Of a stretch of 64,000 bases of DNA, positions 1-11,374 are shown one piece after another. This DNA comes from Octopus sinensis (taxonomy: Eukaryota). Numbering within the stretch: the first letter of the stretch is position 1; each line of letters starts with the position of its first letter. Under the pieces are notes generated by a model. The model did not search any database. It worked only from the letters and a program-made list of their open reading frames with translations, and was not told where the DNA came from. The DNA is taken from positions 167,958,001 to 168,022,000 of the forward strand of contig NC_042999.1 in NCBI RefSeq assembly GCF_006345805.1, in the 5' to 3' direction. The translations under genes were made by a program, and so were the position numbers.

Positions 1-124
1 AGGCAATGTTGTTAATATTTTTTGTTAAAAATGAAAATGTTATATAGAAGGTTATACAGAAATTCACCAGGGGACTTGTAATCAACGATTATCAGTTACA
101 AGGTCTTTATCAAATTTTTTTATT

Positions 125-324
125 CTTTTTCTTGTTTCAGTCATTTGACTGTGGCCATGCTAGAGCACCTCTTTCAAAGGTTTTATCAAACAAATTGGCC
201 CCATACCTTTTTTCTTTTTAAAGCCTAGTACTTATTCCATTGCTCTCTTTTGCAGAACCACTAAGTCACTAGGACATAAACACACCAACACTGGTTGTCA
301 AGAGGTAATGGGGAGACAATCACA

Positions 325-360
<36 letters not shown>

Positions 361-509
361 ATGAGCTTCTTTCAGTTTCCATCTACCAAATCTACTCACA
401 AAGCTTTGGTCGGCCCAAGGCTATAGTAAAAGACACTCACCCAAGGGGCCACACAGTAGCCAGGAAACATGTGGTTAAGAACCAAGCTTCTTGCCACACA
501 GCCATGCCT
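125..509 (-). mobile_element. tRNA-derived SINE family A (octopus OK/OR-type; exact family not verified), diverged
   Basis: Matches the recurrent unit cttgtttcagtcatttgactg...(CA)n...ccacacagccat. tRNA-like head lies on the - strand. Confidence 0.8.
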
Positions 510-534
510 GCATATATAATTATGTTTCTCTGTG

Positions 535-588
<54 letters not shown>

Positions 589-1082
589 TATGCTTACATC
601 ATATATAATCAGAGGATCTAGAGTGACTAGGCTAGGAAATGAAAAGTAAAATGATTGGGTTGATAGAGTACCAGAAAACCAACTGAGAAGTCAGTTCTAG
701 AATATCTTGTAATGTAAACTGCATTGTGTCTGGAGCAAGACAACAACTCTAATACAGCCCAGATGACTTAGTTGTTGTAGTGGTTGCTGTTGCCAGTGTA
801 GAACTATGGTAAAAGATATTCCATTCATAACAACCCTGTCTTTTTATACACCCAAGTTTACATGGTCATTTTTTAATTTTTATTTTTGTCATTTTCTTAA
901 AACATTAGGTTCTGATTTGAGAAAGATTTGGCTGCTATTTCTTGCAGATCAAATGACTACATAGATGCTCCCTCTTGGGCTCAAGATCAATTTTTAATAA
1001 CCAATGGTAGCACTATAAAATCAACAAGTGTTGTGTAAGTATACAATGCTGAATGTTATGGAATTGGAAAAGCCTATCCAGT

Positions 1083-1474
1083 AGTGGATGGAAGCACTCC
1101 GTCGGTTACGACGATGAGGGTTCCGGTTGATCCAAATCAACGGAACAGCCTGCTCGTGAAATTAACGTGTAAGTGACTGAGCACTCCACAGACACGTGTA
1201 CTCTTAATGTAGTTCTCGGGGATATTCAGCGTGACACAGAGAGTGACAAGGCTGGCCCCTTGAAATACAGGTACAACAGAAACAGGAAGTAAGAGTGAGA
1301 GAAAGTTGTGGTGAAAGAGTACAGCAGGGATCACCACCATCCCCTGCCGGAGCCTCGTGGAGCTTTTAGGTGTTTTCGCTCAATAAACACTCACAACGCC
1401 TGGTCTGGGAATTGAAACCGCGATCCTATGACCGCGAGTCCGCTGCCCTAATCACTGGGCCATTGCGCCTCCAC
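1083..1474 (-). mobile_element. tRNA-derived SINE family B
   Basis: - strand head gtggaggcgcaatggcccagtgattagggcag..ggtttcaattccc has A/B-box-like motifs. Tail is shared with the copies at 22533 and 38170. Confidence 0.8.
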
Positions 1475-1670
1475 GAGATTTAGTATTATGGATCTGGTTA
1501 TCTTACAGTTTTAATTTCCAGCCCTGCCTGATAGTTTTTTTTTTGTGTTTTTTTTTGGCCCCATCACAAACCAGATCTAGTTGTTGCTATGGCTGAGCAG
1601 ATTTATGATCAAGACATTCTGATCATCTTCATTATTCAATGTGTTTTAAAGAAAGTGGGGTAGAATTTAA

Positions 1671-1891
1671 CCCTTTTGCATTCAGATTATTCTGTCAAAG
1701 GTAATGCTTAATTATTCACATTGATTTAAATTAATTATGCATTATCTCATAGCTTTGAGATTTCAGTGATGTGATAGTTTACTTTTGATATGGTATTATA
1801 GGGTAGGTTGTGAGAGGCTGGATTTAGCCAGTTTGAATATCAAACAAATAGAATAGTTTGGACAGATGTAGCTGGTTTAAATGCTAAAAGG
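1671..1891. mobile_element. piggyBac-type MITE (~220 bp), family 1
   Basis: TTAA at 1667-70 and 1892-95; imperfect TIRs cccttttgcatt / aatgctaaaagg. Related copies near 3662-3874, 23110-23340, 57200-57250 and 58530-58610. Confidence 0.7.
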
Positions 1892-2440
1892 TTAAAGAGT
1901 ATTTGGTTCCTATTTTTAGCTGGCCAAGTGAATACATATAAGGCACATACCTATATCAACACAAAACAGTCTCCAATTTTGTGTTTAGGGAAGAGCTGAA
2001 AGAACTTATGATGTTCCTGACTTTTTCAAAAGGATTAGCATTATAGATGCTTATCTCTAAGTACTTATCTCTATAAATCAAAATAAGAAACTCATTTCAC
2101 AAAAAAAGTTAAGCTGCCTTACAACTCTCACATCATCCTACTTACATTTATTAAATATGCACTCTTAAGATATAAGTCTACTAAGAAAGATTGACCAACG
2201 TAGGCAAACAATACTGGACCCTCTTATCTGTGTGTTCAATCTGAAGAGTTTGAATTAATTCACCTTTAAGCCTTTTGATACTAACCTGTCTTAGACCACT
2301 TCGAGTCTACGATACAAATTTCATGTTTTAAAATAATATGAATTGAAATCTTCCATTAAAACTTCATGTTAATTAGTGTTCCAAACAATAGCTTAATTAC
2401 AACAAAATTAAAAATATTACTATCAAATTTATTCAATATA

Positions 2441-2598
2441 GGCATAAGCATGGCTGTGTGGTAAGAAACTTGCCCCCCAACCACATAATTCTGGGTTCAG
2501 TTCCACTGATGGCACTTGGGCAAGTGTCTTCTACTGAGCCATGGACCAACCAAAGCTTTGTGAGTGAATTCGGTACACAGATACTGAAAAAAGGCCAT

Positions 2599-2646
<48 letters not shown>

Positions 2647-2823
2647 CATGTGTGTGTGCATCTTTGTTTGTCCCCCACTACTACTTGACAACTGGTGTTA
2701 GTGTGTTTACATCCTCTAGCAGAAAATAAGTACAGGGGCTGATTCATTTGACTAAAAGTTCTTCAAGATGGTGCCCTAGCATGGCCACAATCTAATGACT
2801 GAAACATGTAAAAGATAAAAGAG
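2441..2823 (+). mobile_element. SINE family A
   Basis: Head atggctgtgtggtaag..gggttcagttcc, internal (TA)n, tail gtaaaagataaaagag. Confidence 0.8.
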
Positions 2824-3055
2824 CTATATGAGAAAAAAAAGAAGAATTACTTTTAAAACTTGTCAGAAAATAAAAAAAGACAACAGGGAAGTAGAAACAT
2901 TTGGCAAAGATAAATTTCAGACAACAGTGTTATATAATCCGGGATTTCATAATTCTGATATTTATTTAACAGTTCAATGTATTCTCACTGCACTCTTCGA
3001 ATATCTATTTCTGTATTAAGGAAATTTGACAATAGTGATATACTGTTCAGTAACT

Positions 3056-3273
3056 CTCTCTTTACTCTTTACTCTTTTACTTGTTTAAGTCATTTGACTG
3101 CGGCGATGCTGGAGCACCGCCTTTAATCGAGCAACTCGATCCCAGGACTTATTCTTTTGTAAGCCCAGTACTTATTCTATCGGTCTCTTTTGCCAAACCG
3201 CTAAGTAACGGGGACATAAACACACTAGCATCGGTCGTCAAGCGATGCTAGGGGGACAAACACAGACACACAA

Positions 3274-3308
<35 letters not shown>

Positions 3309-3480
3309 CTTATATACGACAGGCTTCTTTCAGTTTCCGTCTACCAAATCCACTCACAAGGCTTTGGTCGGCCCGGGGCTATAACAGAAGACACTTGCCC
3401 AAGATGCCACACAGTGGGACTGAACCCGGAACCATGTGGTTGGTAAACAAACTACTTACCACACAGCCACTCCTGCGCCT
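3056..3480 (-). mobile_element. SINE family A, young full-length copy
   Basis: (tactctt)n tail through to head ccacacagccactcctgcgcct; near-identical to the copies at 36552, 38912, 54336 and 63613. Confidence 0.88.
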
Positions 3481-3916
3481 GTTTCATTTTATTTATTTAT
3501 TTTTTCCTTTTTCAAGATCTCTAGAAATTTCCAGCACTTATGATAGAATTTTTGATCTTTCAGTTGTTTTTTCTTTATGAAATGCAGCAGACAGCTAGAG
3601 TGTGGACAGCTCTCTGATAGCCAGCTCTATGTCAAACCCATGCCAGCATGGAAAGCAGATGTTAACATTTAAACTGGCCATATATTCAGCCCAAATATTC
3701 TACCCATTTTGGCTAAATCTAGCCTCTCGCACCTACATTACAATGTCATTCTCAAGATAAAACAAATCACATTATCAAAATGTTGAACTTGCAAGCTAGC
3801 ACATAATTAATTCAGAACAATCTGAATAAATAACTATTACAGTTGACAGAGTAATCTGAATGCTAGAGGGTTAAATGATGTTCAGTGATGTATTTAATTT
3901 GCAGATAAAAAGCACA

Positions 3917-3986
3917 ATGATGATTAATTTACCAGCGATGGTATTTGGCGTGATAGTGAATTTACTAATGATGAATTACTCACAAT
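3917..3986 (+). CDS. Candidate signal-peptide exon (MMINLPAMVFGVIVNLLMMNYSQ)
   Basis: Acceptor tttgcag|3905, ATG at 3917, hydrophobic 23 aa, donor caat|gtaatt at 3987 (phase 1). Direct splicing to 18939 would create t|aa = stop, so it needs an unseen intermediate exon or is not real. Confidence 0.3.
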
Positions 3987-4185
3987 GTAATTAGCTTGTG
4001 AAGAAATTATTAGGTATTGAAGTTACAGGAGATATATTTACCATGTTTAATTATCTGTGAGGAATTTATAGAAAACCTTATACCCTTCACTATTGACTTA
4101 GGAGTCTTACTAAATGAGCCATAATTATTTTCACTTCCCGCTGTACTGTTACATTACGAAATTGTCAATCTTAGAAATATAACTT

Positions 4186-4244
<59 letters not shown>
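4186..4244. repeat. (TA)n microsatellite (representative of many TA, CA/TG, CT, AAT and CAT tracts)
   Basis: Direct reading. Other examples: 529-586 (TG), 21177-21238 (CA), 29455-29550 (TA-rich), 30430-30535 (TA-rich), 42606-42640 (CT), 48520-48570 (GGTT/GGGT), 49487-49530 (CT). Confidence 0.95.
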
Positions 4245-4247
<3 letters not shown>

Positions 4248-4721
4248 TTAATATAAAAAGAGGTTGTGTGTCTGTCTCCTACGATTTAGATTCCTAACTA
4301 CTCCCACATTTTGCGGTGCAGTTTAACCAAAGCTGGGTATCTTATAGTCGTGATTCATATCGAGCCCTTCTGGGTATTAGCGCGCGTTTACGATGAGTCA
4401 ACGATTTTAAAAAAATTGCCATCATTTTTTTCCATTTTAATGCATTTTTTCGCTATTATATAAGGGAAGTAACTCTCTAAAAATGTCTACGATGAGTCTA
4501 CGATTTAAAAAAAATTACCATCATTTTTTTCCATTTTAATGCATTTTTTCGCTATTATATAAGGGAAGTAACTCTCTAAAAATGTCTACGATGAGTCAAC
4601 GATTTTTTTTTAATTTACCATCATTTTTTTTCCATTTTTAATGCATTTTTTGGCTATCTCTAAAAATGCTTATATAGTTATTTCCCTTACAAACCCGAGC
4701 AACGCCGGGCGATACTACTAG
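4245..4721 (+). mobile_element. Non-autonomous Helitron
   Basis: 5' TC after A, subterminal hairpin cccgagcaacgccggg (4694-4709), 3' CTAG followed by T, no TSD. Internal ~100-nt tandem unit. Confidence 0.78.
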
Positions 4722-4729
4722 TATATATA

Positions 4730-5470
4730 TCTCTTATTATAAAAGGCAGATTTTATCTGCCTCCCTTTGGGAGTTATACAAATCTACAATATAGGATTTC
4801 TTCAATTACAATTTACCTAGCATTTTTAAGAGTACAATGCATCGCGTCATACCAGGTCCAGTTTTTAAAATTTAAACTCCAATTAAGCAAAATTTACAGA
4901 AAACTCACATTCTGGTGTGTGTGTCAAATGCTTTTTTAGTCTGGTTTACACCACACGCAAACGCACACACACAGTGGGCAATGAATAAACTGAAACTAAT
5001 TCACTGTGTGTTGACAGGTAGAAAATAGAATGGCGATGGCGATGGCTATGGCGATGGCGATGGCTATGGCGATGGCGATGTAATATTTGTTTCTCTATGA
5101 CGCTCATAAAAGCATTGATGTACATGTGTGCGTGCGTGAGTGTGTGTGTGTCATTCCTCACACACACGCATACACATACATATATGAGAGTGGCAAACAC
5201 AAACGTTTCAAACAACTACATACAAACACGGTGTGTTTGTTATTAGTAAAAAAAGGCGCCAAAACACAACTCACTTATCATTCCAACACATTTGCAAAGA
5301 CACACGGACGGTCGAATAACAATACAGAAAAGGTAAATTGGTTTTTATTTTACTCTGTATATATTTTATTATATAATATTATATATAGATATATGTATAT
5401 ATAATTGCAGTATGAAACAGTGTTATGTATAAACAGACGACACTTATATATAATTATTAATAAATGTATG
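4730..5470 (+). mobile_element. Probable 5' part of a second Helitron-like element
   Basis: Starts a|tctcttattataaaag right after the first Helitron; contains a (tggcga/tggcta)n tract at ~5031-5080. No 3' CTAG end found. Confidence 0.35.
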
Positions 5471-5481
5471 CATCCGTTTAA

Positions 5482-6305
5482 CCCTTTCGTTACCAAACCG
5501 CCCGAAAAAAATTTTGGTTAATGTGACCAAGCCGCCCGAATTTACCTATTCATATTTAAATGAGAATATCAGAGTAAATCTCTTTAGAACATTCGTGAAA
5601 ACACGTATTATACTTCGTAAACAGTTCAACTACAGTTTTGTACAAAAATCGAAGTGTAATTTTAATTCCGTGAATTATGGGAGATTTTTTTCCGAAATTT
5701 GTTCCTATTGTGTTTTTCCAAAATTTGTAATTCTGACAAAAAATGGATACGAATTTCATTATATCAAGCAGCGAGTCAGAATTCGAAGGATTTTCTACTG
5801 AAGACCTTCATAAATCTAACTCTATGACTGAAAAAAAAAAGCATGTGGTATTTGATCTCAACCTAAACAAAGCGAAAGAAACGATAGTTTGTTATTTCCC
5901 ACAACCTTAAATGAAATTAAGGCCTATTTTGCCATAAATATTATTATGGGTATTAGAAAGTTACCCAGAATAACAAATTCTATCGTAAAATTTTGTTGTA
6001 TACCCAATTGAATATTAGCTAATAACCCATTTTCTATAGCGATGTTGAACAAAATTTTAATAATTTTATATATTGTTGAATTTACCTGTATCTACCTGCA
6101 ATTAGAGTCACTTTGTGACAAAAATTATAGTATAGAATTGGTTGAGAACATTTCACTAAATTATCTTCCAAAAATCAGATTAATATATTCATAAATAAAA
6201 AAGTTATAGTTGTTTAATGAAACCAGACTAAATTTATGATTACGTTAGAAATTAATTGAAACACATAAGGGGTGTATTTTGGTCAGAAATATAGTAACGA
6301 AAGGG
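5482..6305. mobile_element. piggyBac-type non-autonomous element, family 2 (824 bp)
   Basis: TTAA|ccctttcgttac ... gtaacgaaaggg|TTAA: perfect 12-bp TIRs with TTAA TSD. Confidence 0.85.
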
Positions 6306-6417
6306 TTAAGAAAAACCAAAAAATATTTTATTCTTTGTAAATGTTGTGTTCAAAATAACATTTTCTTTTAAGAATGTGTATATAACAAAGTATGTGTATA
6401 TAACTACGTGGCTTATA

Positions 6418-6809
6418 TCTTTATATATAAGAGTGAAGTTGTGTGTCTGTCTCCTACGATTTAGATTCGTAACTACTCCCACATTTTGCGGTGTAGTTTA
6501 ACCAAAAGCGGGTATCTTATAGTCGTGATTTATATCGAGCCCTTCTGGGTATTAGCGCGCGTCTACGATGAGTCTACGATTTAAAAAAAATTACCATCAT
6601 ATTTTTCCATTTTAATGCATATTTTTCGTTATTATATAAGGGAAGTAACTCTCTAAAAATATCTACGATGTGTCAACGATTTAAAAAAAATTACCTTAAT
6701 TTTTTTTCAATTTTTAATGCATTTTTTTGCTATTTTTTGGCTATAACTCTCTAAAAATGCTTATATAGTTATTTCCCTTACAAACCCGAGCAACGCCGGG
6801 CGATACTGC

Positions 6810-6812
<3 letters not shown>
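6418..6812 (+). mobile_element. Non-autonomous Helitron (same family as 4245)
   Basis: TC start, same body, same cccgagcaacgccggg hairpin; 3' end CTAT (mutated CTAG) runs into (TA)n. Confidence 0.75.
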
Positions 6813-6859
<47 letters not shown>

Positions 6860-6860
<1 letters not shown>

Positions 6861-7013
6861 AAAACAGGATGTCAAGGAATAAATGATTGTCATATGAACT
6901 TCATTAGCTTACAGCTGTTTCTGCTAATAACATGCAATGGACTCTAGTTCTAAAGCATATATATATATATTGAGTTCTAAACCAGGTTATTAGTTTCACA
7001 ATGTCTAAGCAAA

Positions 7014-7048
<35 letters not shown>

Positions 7049-7317
7049 CATCAATTTGAAAGAAACTGCTCTCTTCAGATGACCATATAGATTTCAAACA
7101 TAAAGGATGAACCATCTTTAACAAATTCACATTTACGTTGTCAGTATTTTGGTTTATATCATTGATGTTAAAAATGGCTTATCCTTTACGTTTGAAATTT
7201 ATATGGTCGTCATCTGAAGAGAGCAGTTTCTTTCAAATTGATGTGATGTTTTCATTAATCAATTAAGTGGAGCCTCTTGAAACAGCTATAATGTATTGAC
7301 ACCTGTACATCCTTGTT

Positions 7318-7325
<8 letters not shown>
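6860..7325. mobile_element. Cluster of other Penelope pseudo-LTR remnants in (TA)n
   Basis: - strand GAAAC-AGCT-GTA at ~6910-6921. ~60-bp inverted repeat 7049-7107 / 7182-7243. + strand CTGAAGA (7214) with GAAAC-AGCT-ATA (7279-7290). Confidence 0.55.
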
Positions 7326-7357
<32 letters not shown>

Positions 7358-7387
7358 CAAAATAAGCAACAAGAATATCCAAGGTAG

Positions 7388-7475
7388 TGTAGTACAATTG
7401 TTTCGTGCTACTTCATTTTATCAAATGCTGTAAGTAAGACATCAGTTTTAAAATGTCGAGCAATCTTCAGCCACA
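7388..7475 (-). ncRNA. Hammerhead-ribozyme motif, inverted copy
   Basis: Reverse complement reads tgtgg CTGAAGA ttgct..agcac GAAAC AATT GTA ctaca. Confidence 0.68.
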
Positions 7476-8978
7476 TATAGAATTTTTTCATTAAACGGAC
7501 AATGCACATTCTTATACTTATTTCATTTGCCAGCTGATAAAACTGGAAACCTATATAGACTTGATTATACAACATACAGTAAACTTATTAGAAAAGAACT
7601 GAACTTGAGATACAAAATAACTACAAAGAAGAACCTGAGGGATATAAATTTAGAAATGGAAAAGGTTATGATGAAATACGATTTAGCCGATAGGACAGAA
7701 CCTTTAACACCATGTGAACCTAAAATTAATCTTAAAGACCAGCATAAAAATTTCTGTGAAAACCCTTCTGTAAGACTCATATACCCAACTAAGTCAGATA
7801 TTGGCCGACTTAGTAAATCTATTTTGGACAATATTCTACTCCATATAATCCCTAACCTTCCCTTGAAATTATGGATTAACACAGATGAGGTAATTAATTA
7901 GTTTAAATCTTTAAATAATAATAGCAGATATTCTTTCATCCAATTTGATATTAATAATTACTATTCCAGCATATCCCCTATTCTCCTAAATAAATCACTC
8001 ATTTTCGCAAAAAACCTCTCTCTCATAACTAGAGAAGAAATTGATATTATTTTACTAGCTAGAAAAACTATCATTGAATTTGAGGGAAAATTGTGGACCA
8101 AATAATTTCGATATACCCATGGGCTCTAGTGATTCGGTGGAGATAACTAATTTAGTAGGAACTTATTTATTAAAATGCATAAGTAGAGAGATCCCCGAAT
8201 TACAAGGTGGTTTATATAGGGATGATGCATTATTTATCTTCCCTAGTAATAATAAATCGATAATTGAGAGAATAAGGAAGAAAATTAGTGGATTTTTCAA
8301 GGATTTCAATTTAGGCATCACCTATGAATATAACACTAAGATAGTTAACTTTCTAGATGTTACCTTAGACTTAAATTCAAATTTATATTAAGATGGTGAA
8401 GTTACTAGATATGTAAACAAATTATCAAATCACCCCCCTAATATACTGAAATCGATAGTGAAAAGTACTTCAAGCAGAATTTCAAAATTATCATCTAACA
8501 ATGAAATTTTTAATTCTCACTCACATCATTACAGTGTTGCTTTATCTGGAGCTGGAGACGGCCAGGAAATCACCTTCCTAGATCTTGATAACATAAATCT
8601 TTCAAATGAAAAAATGAATGAAAATAGCTCAAATAATATAGAATCTTCTACTTTAAAAAAATATAAATCAACCAAAATGGGTAACCTAGTATATAAACCC
8701 AATACAATAAATAGAAATGGTAAACAGGTCATAAATAAGTATAAAAAGGTTAAGCTAGATAAAATAAATATAAATAATAATATAAAAATCCCTCCCACTG
8801 ATAAAAAAACCTAATAAATATAACTATAAGACTAAAGAGAATAATGAATCTCTAAAGGATATAGATAACATTAATCTTTCCCACCCTTACTCAACTAAAA
8901 AAATTCAAAAGAAAAAATGTTGTATGGCTAAATATTCCCTTCAACTAATCAATTTCTACAAACATATACGGCAAATTT

Positions 8979-9147
8979 ATGTCCATACTAGAAAAAAACT
9001 TCCCTGCTTCCCATAAAATAATTTCTAGCAAATCAGTGAGAATATCATACTCTACTCTTTCAAGTATGGGTACCATAATAGCTAGACTAAATAGAAAAAA
9101 TATTAAGTTAGCCAGAAATGGAATAAATAGTAACAACAATAATAATG

Positions 9148-9183
<36 letters not shown>

Positions 9184-9842
9184 TTAACATAAACAATAAT
9201 AATAATAATAATATCAATAATATAAATGATAATAATAAAAATGTGGAAAGTGATGAAATTAGGAAAAGATTAGTAACAAACAACCCTAACTTACATAACA
9301 ATATAATTATAGATAAGGGAAATAACACTAATGCTAGTAATAGCTCTAGTAATGAAAATGAAAACAGCTTGTTCCTAAATAATACTAATATCAGGAATCC
9401 TCCCCCCCCCCCCCCCAGTTTTAATTGCAGAATTAGATCAAAATGTCCGGTATCTAGTCGTTGTCTGGTTCAAAATGTAATTTATAAATGTACAATAATG
9501 ACTTTAAATAGTAGCTATCTTTATTTTGGATGTTCGATAGACCTAAAGAAACATTTGAACAATCATTTTTCTTCTTTTAGACTTAAACATAAGGCAGGTT
9601 GCACAACGCTGTCCAGTAAAATTTGGGAACTGAAAGAAAAAAATATCAAATTTAACCTAAAACGGGATATAATAAGAAAGGCACAGCCTTATAAAAATAG
9701 TAGGGATGGATGTAAACTTTGTTCTATGGAGACATATGAAATTTTGAAACATAGGAATAATACAAACTTATTGAATAACCGTTCTGAACTGGGAGTTTCC
9801 TGCATACATTGTGCCACCCGTACCTTTAATTATTTTAAATAA
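8979..9842 (+). pseudogene. Penelope ORF C-terminal part: linker with poly-Asn, then GIY-YIG endonuclease
   Basis: Track ORF of 287 aa with Cys/His clusters and a degenerate GIY-YIG (VIY..YFG). Confidence 0.85.
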
Positions 9843-10799
9843 TAACATTCTAACCATTCCTAAATTTTCAAATCTTATTATTTTGTAGCCACATAAGGAA
9901 TTAATATACCATACTAGCTTTTATTTAACCTGCTTAGATTACTAAGAAATTTTATTATATAAATAAATTTGAATATAGTGAAATTAGAATTTTTTGATAC
10001 TCTCCTATATGGGATTGCAAAAAATTCTATTTATCTAGGGAAATTATTTGGTTCATCTTGATTACCTCCCTTCCATTACTTTTTAATATATCTTATTGAC
10101 TCTTGATATATGTGCTAAATTGATACGGTCTTTTCTCCCACAGTTAGTAAATATTTTGTCTAGCATATTCTTTTAATTTAACTCATTAATAAAATAAATT
10201 ACTATTTACTAACTAACTATGATTCTATATTAAGTGAAATGGATATGCATCTATATTTATATAAATATGAAATGATTTCTATATTTTCTATCCCTATATA
10301 AAATACTAAAATTTATTGGAATCCTTTGGAAAATTATTTAAAGGATATATATTTAAAATTCACAATACAGAATTATGGCTGTTAAATAGTAAGGGACATT
10401 GAAAACCTCTAGAGCATTAGTAGTCTCTATTCTCCCTACCCCACTAACTTCAGCCTACTAGCTTTTGCTATAATACATTCGAATATGTCTAAACTAAATT
10501 CCTCAAAATGACAATGGATTTGACATTTGTACTACCCCTTTCTCTATCTATAAATAGAAAAAAATTCTTGTTTGTCTCCATTCAAATTAAGAATAGAAAA
10601 CCCCCTCCCAACCGTTAGATCTAAATAACAAAGTGAACTCAGTGATAAAAAATCTATAGCCAGAGAACACACTACCACCATGTTCTTAATGATGAAATTA
10701 ACCTCTCTGTCTATATATCTACCCTCTTTGTAATGTTGGCAAATGAAATATGTATAAGAATGTGCATTGTCCGTTTAATTAAAAAAAAACAATTCTATA

Positions 10800-10887
10800 T
10801 GTGGCTGAAGATTGCTCGACATTTTAAAACTGATGTAATACTTACAGTGTTTGATAAAATGAAGTAGCATGAAACAATTGTACTACA
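10800..10887 (+). ncRNA. Type I hammerhead-ribozyme motif in the Penelope pseudo-LTR
   Basis: Stem I tgtgg/ctaca; CTGAAGA 10805-11; extended stem II (tgct/agca, catttta/taaaatg); GAAAC 10871-75; palindromic loop C-AATT-G; GTA cleavage triplet 10880-82. Position 10.1-11.1 is T.T rather than G-C. Confidence 0.7.
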
Positions 10888-11019
10888 CTACCTTGGATAT
10901 CCTTGTTGCTTATTTTGATTATAATCACCCCACTTGATATATATGGATAATACCATACAAAATTCTGGTGCCTTTAACTTAAGTACCACATTAATCTGAA
11001 TCTAAATTTTGCTGAACTT

Positions 11020-11058
<39 letters not shown>

Positions 11059-11374
11059 TTGCTGTCAGTTTCAACAATGCAAATCCACTTGTCCAATCAA
11101 CTGAGTTATCCACTCATTGAATTAGCATAAGTTGTTGAGCATTTCATAAACATGTATCACTAACATAATCCTCATGTAGAATCATCATAACACAGTGTGT
11201 AACATGTGACGCACTGTTTCCATCTGTCCAGTTTCATTCACAAGGCTTGAGTTGACCTGAGGTAATGGTTAAAGACACTTACTCAAGATACTATGCAATA
11301 GGATTAACTGCAGAACCTCTACCATCTTATTAATTCCAGTGTATGATCAGTTCTCAGCTTTTTAGTGGTTAACT

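Larger units (their letters stand above)
7353..10922 (+). mobile_element. 5'-truncated Penelope-like retroelement with inverted pseudo-LTR at its 5' end
   Basis: RT fragments PADKTGNLY.. (7527), PMGSSDS..GGLYRDDAL..VNFLDVTLDL (8074-8391). GIY-YIG endonuclease region ..NVIYKC..LYFG..CKLC..LLNNRSEL..CIH (~9420-9842). 7353-7532 is an inverted copy of 10737-10922. Stops and frameshifts present. Confidence 0.92.

Noticed and set aside
2433-3580. Many track ORFs such as MLGGQTQTH.., MSSNARGTN.. and (YI)n/(HT)n/(CV)n peptides (also 29403-30731, 34711-36950, 39082-39321, 46172-46501, 54517-54822)
   Set aside because: They are translations of SINE bodies and dinucleotide microsatellites, repeated with each copy, with no domain signal.
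8945-9328. Leu-rich minus-strand ORF resembling a transmembrane protein
   Set aside because: It is the antisense reading of the (AAT)n tract in the Penelope ORF.
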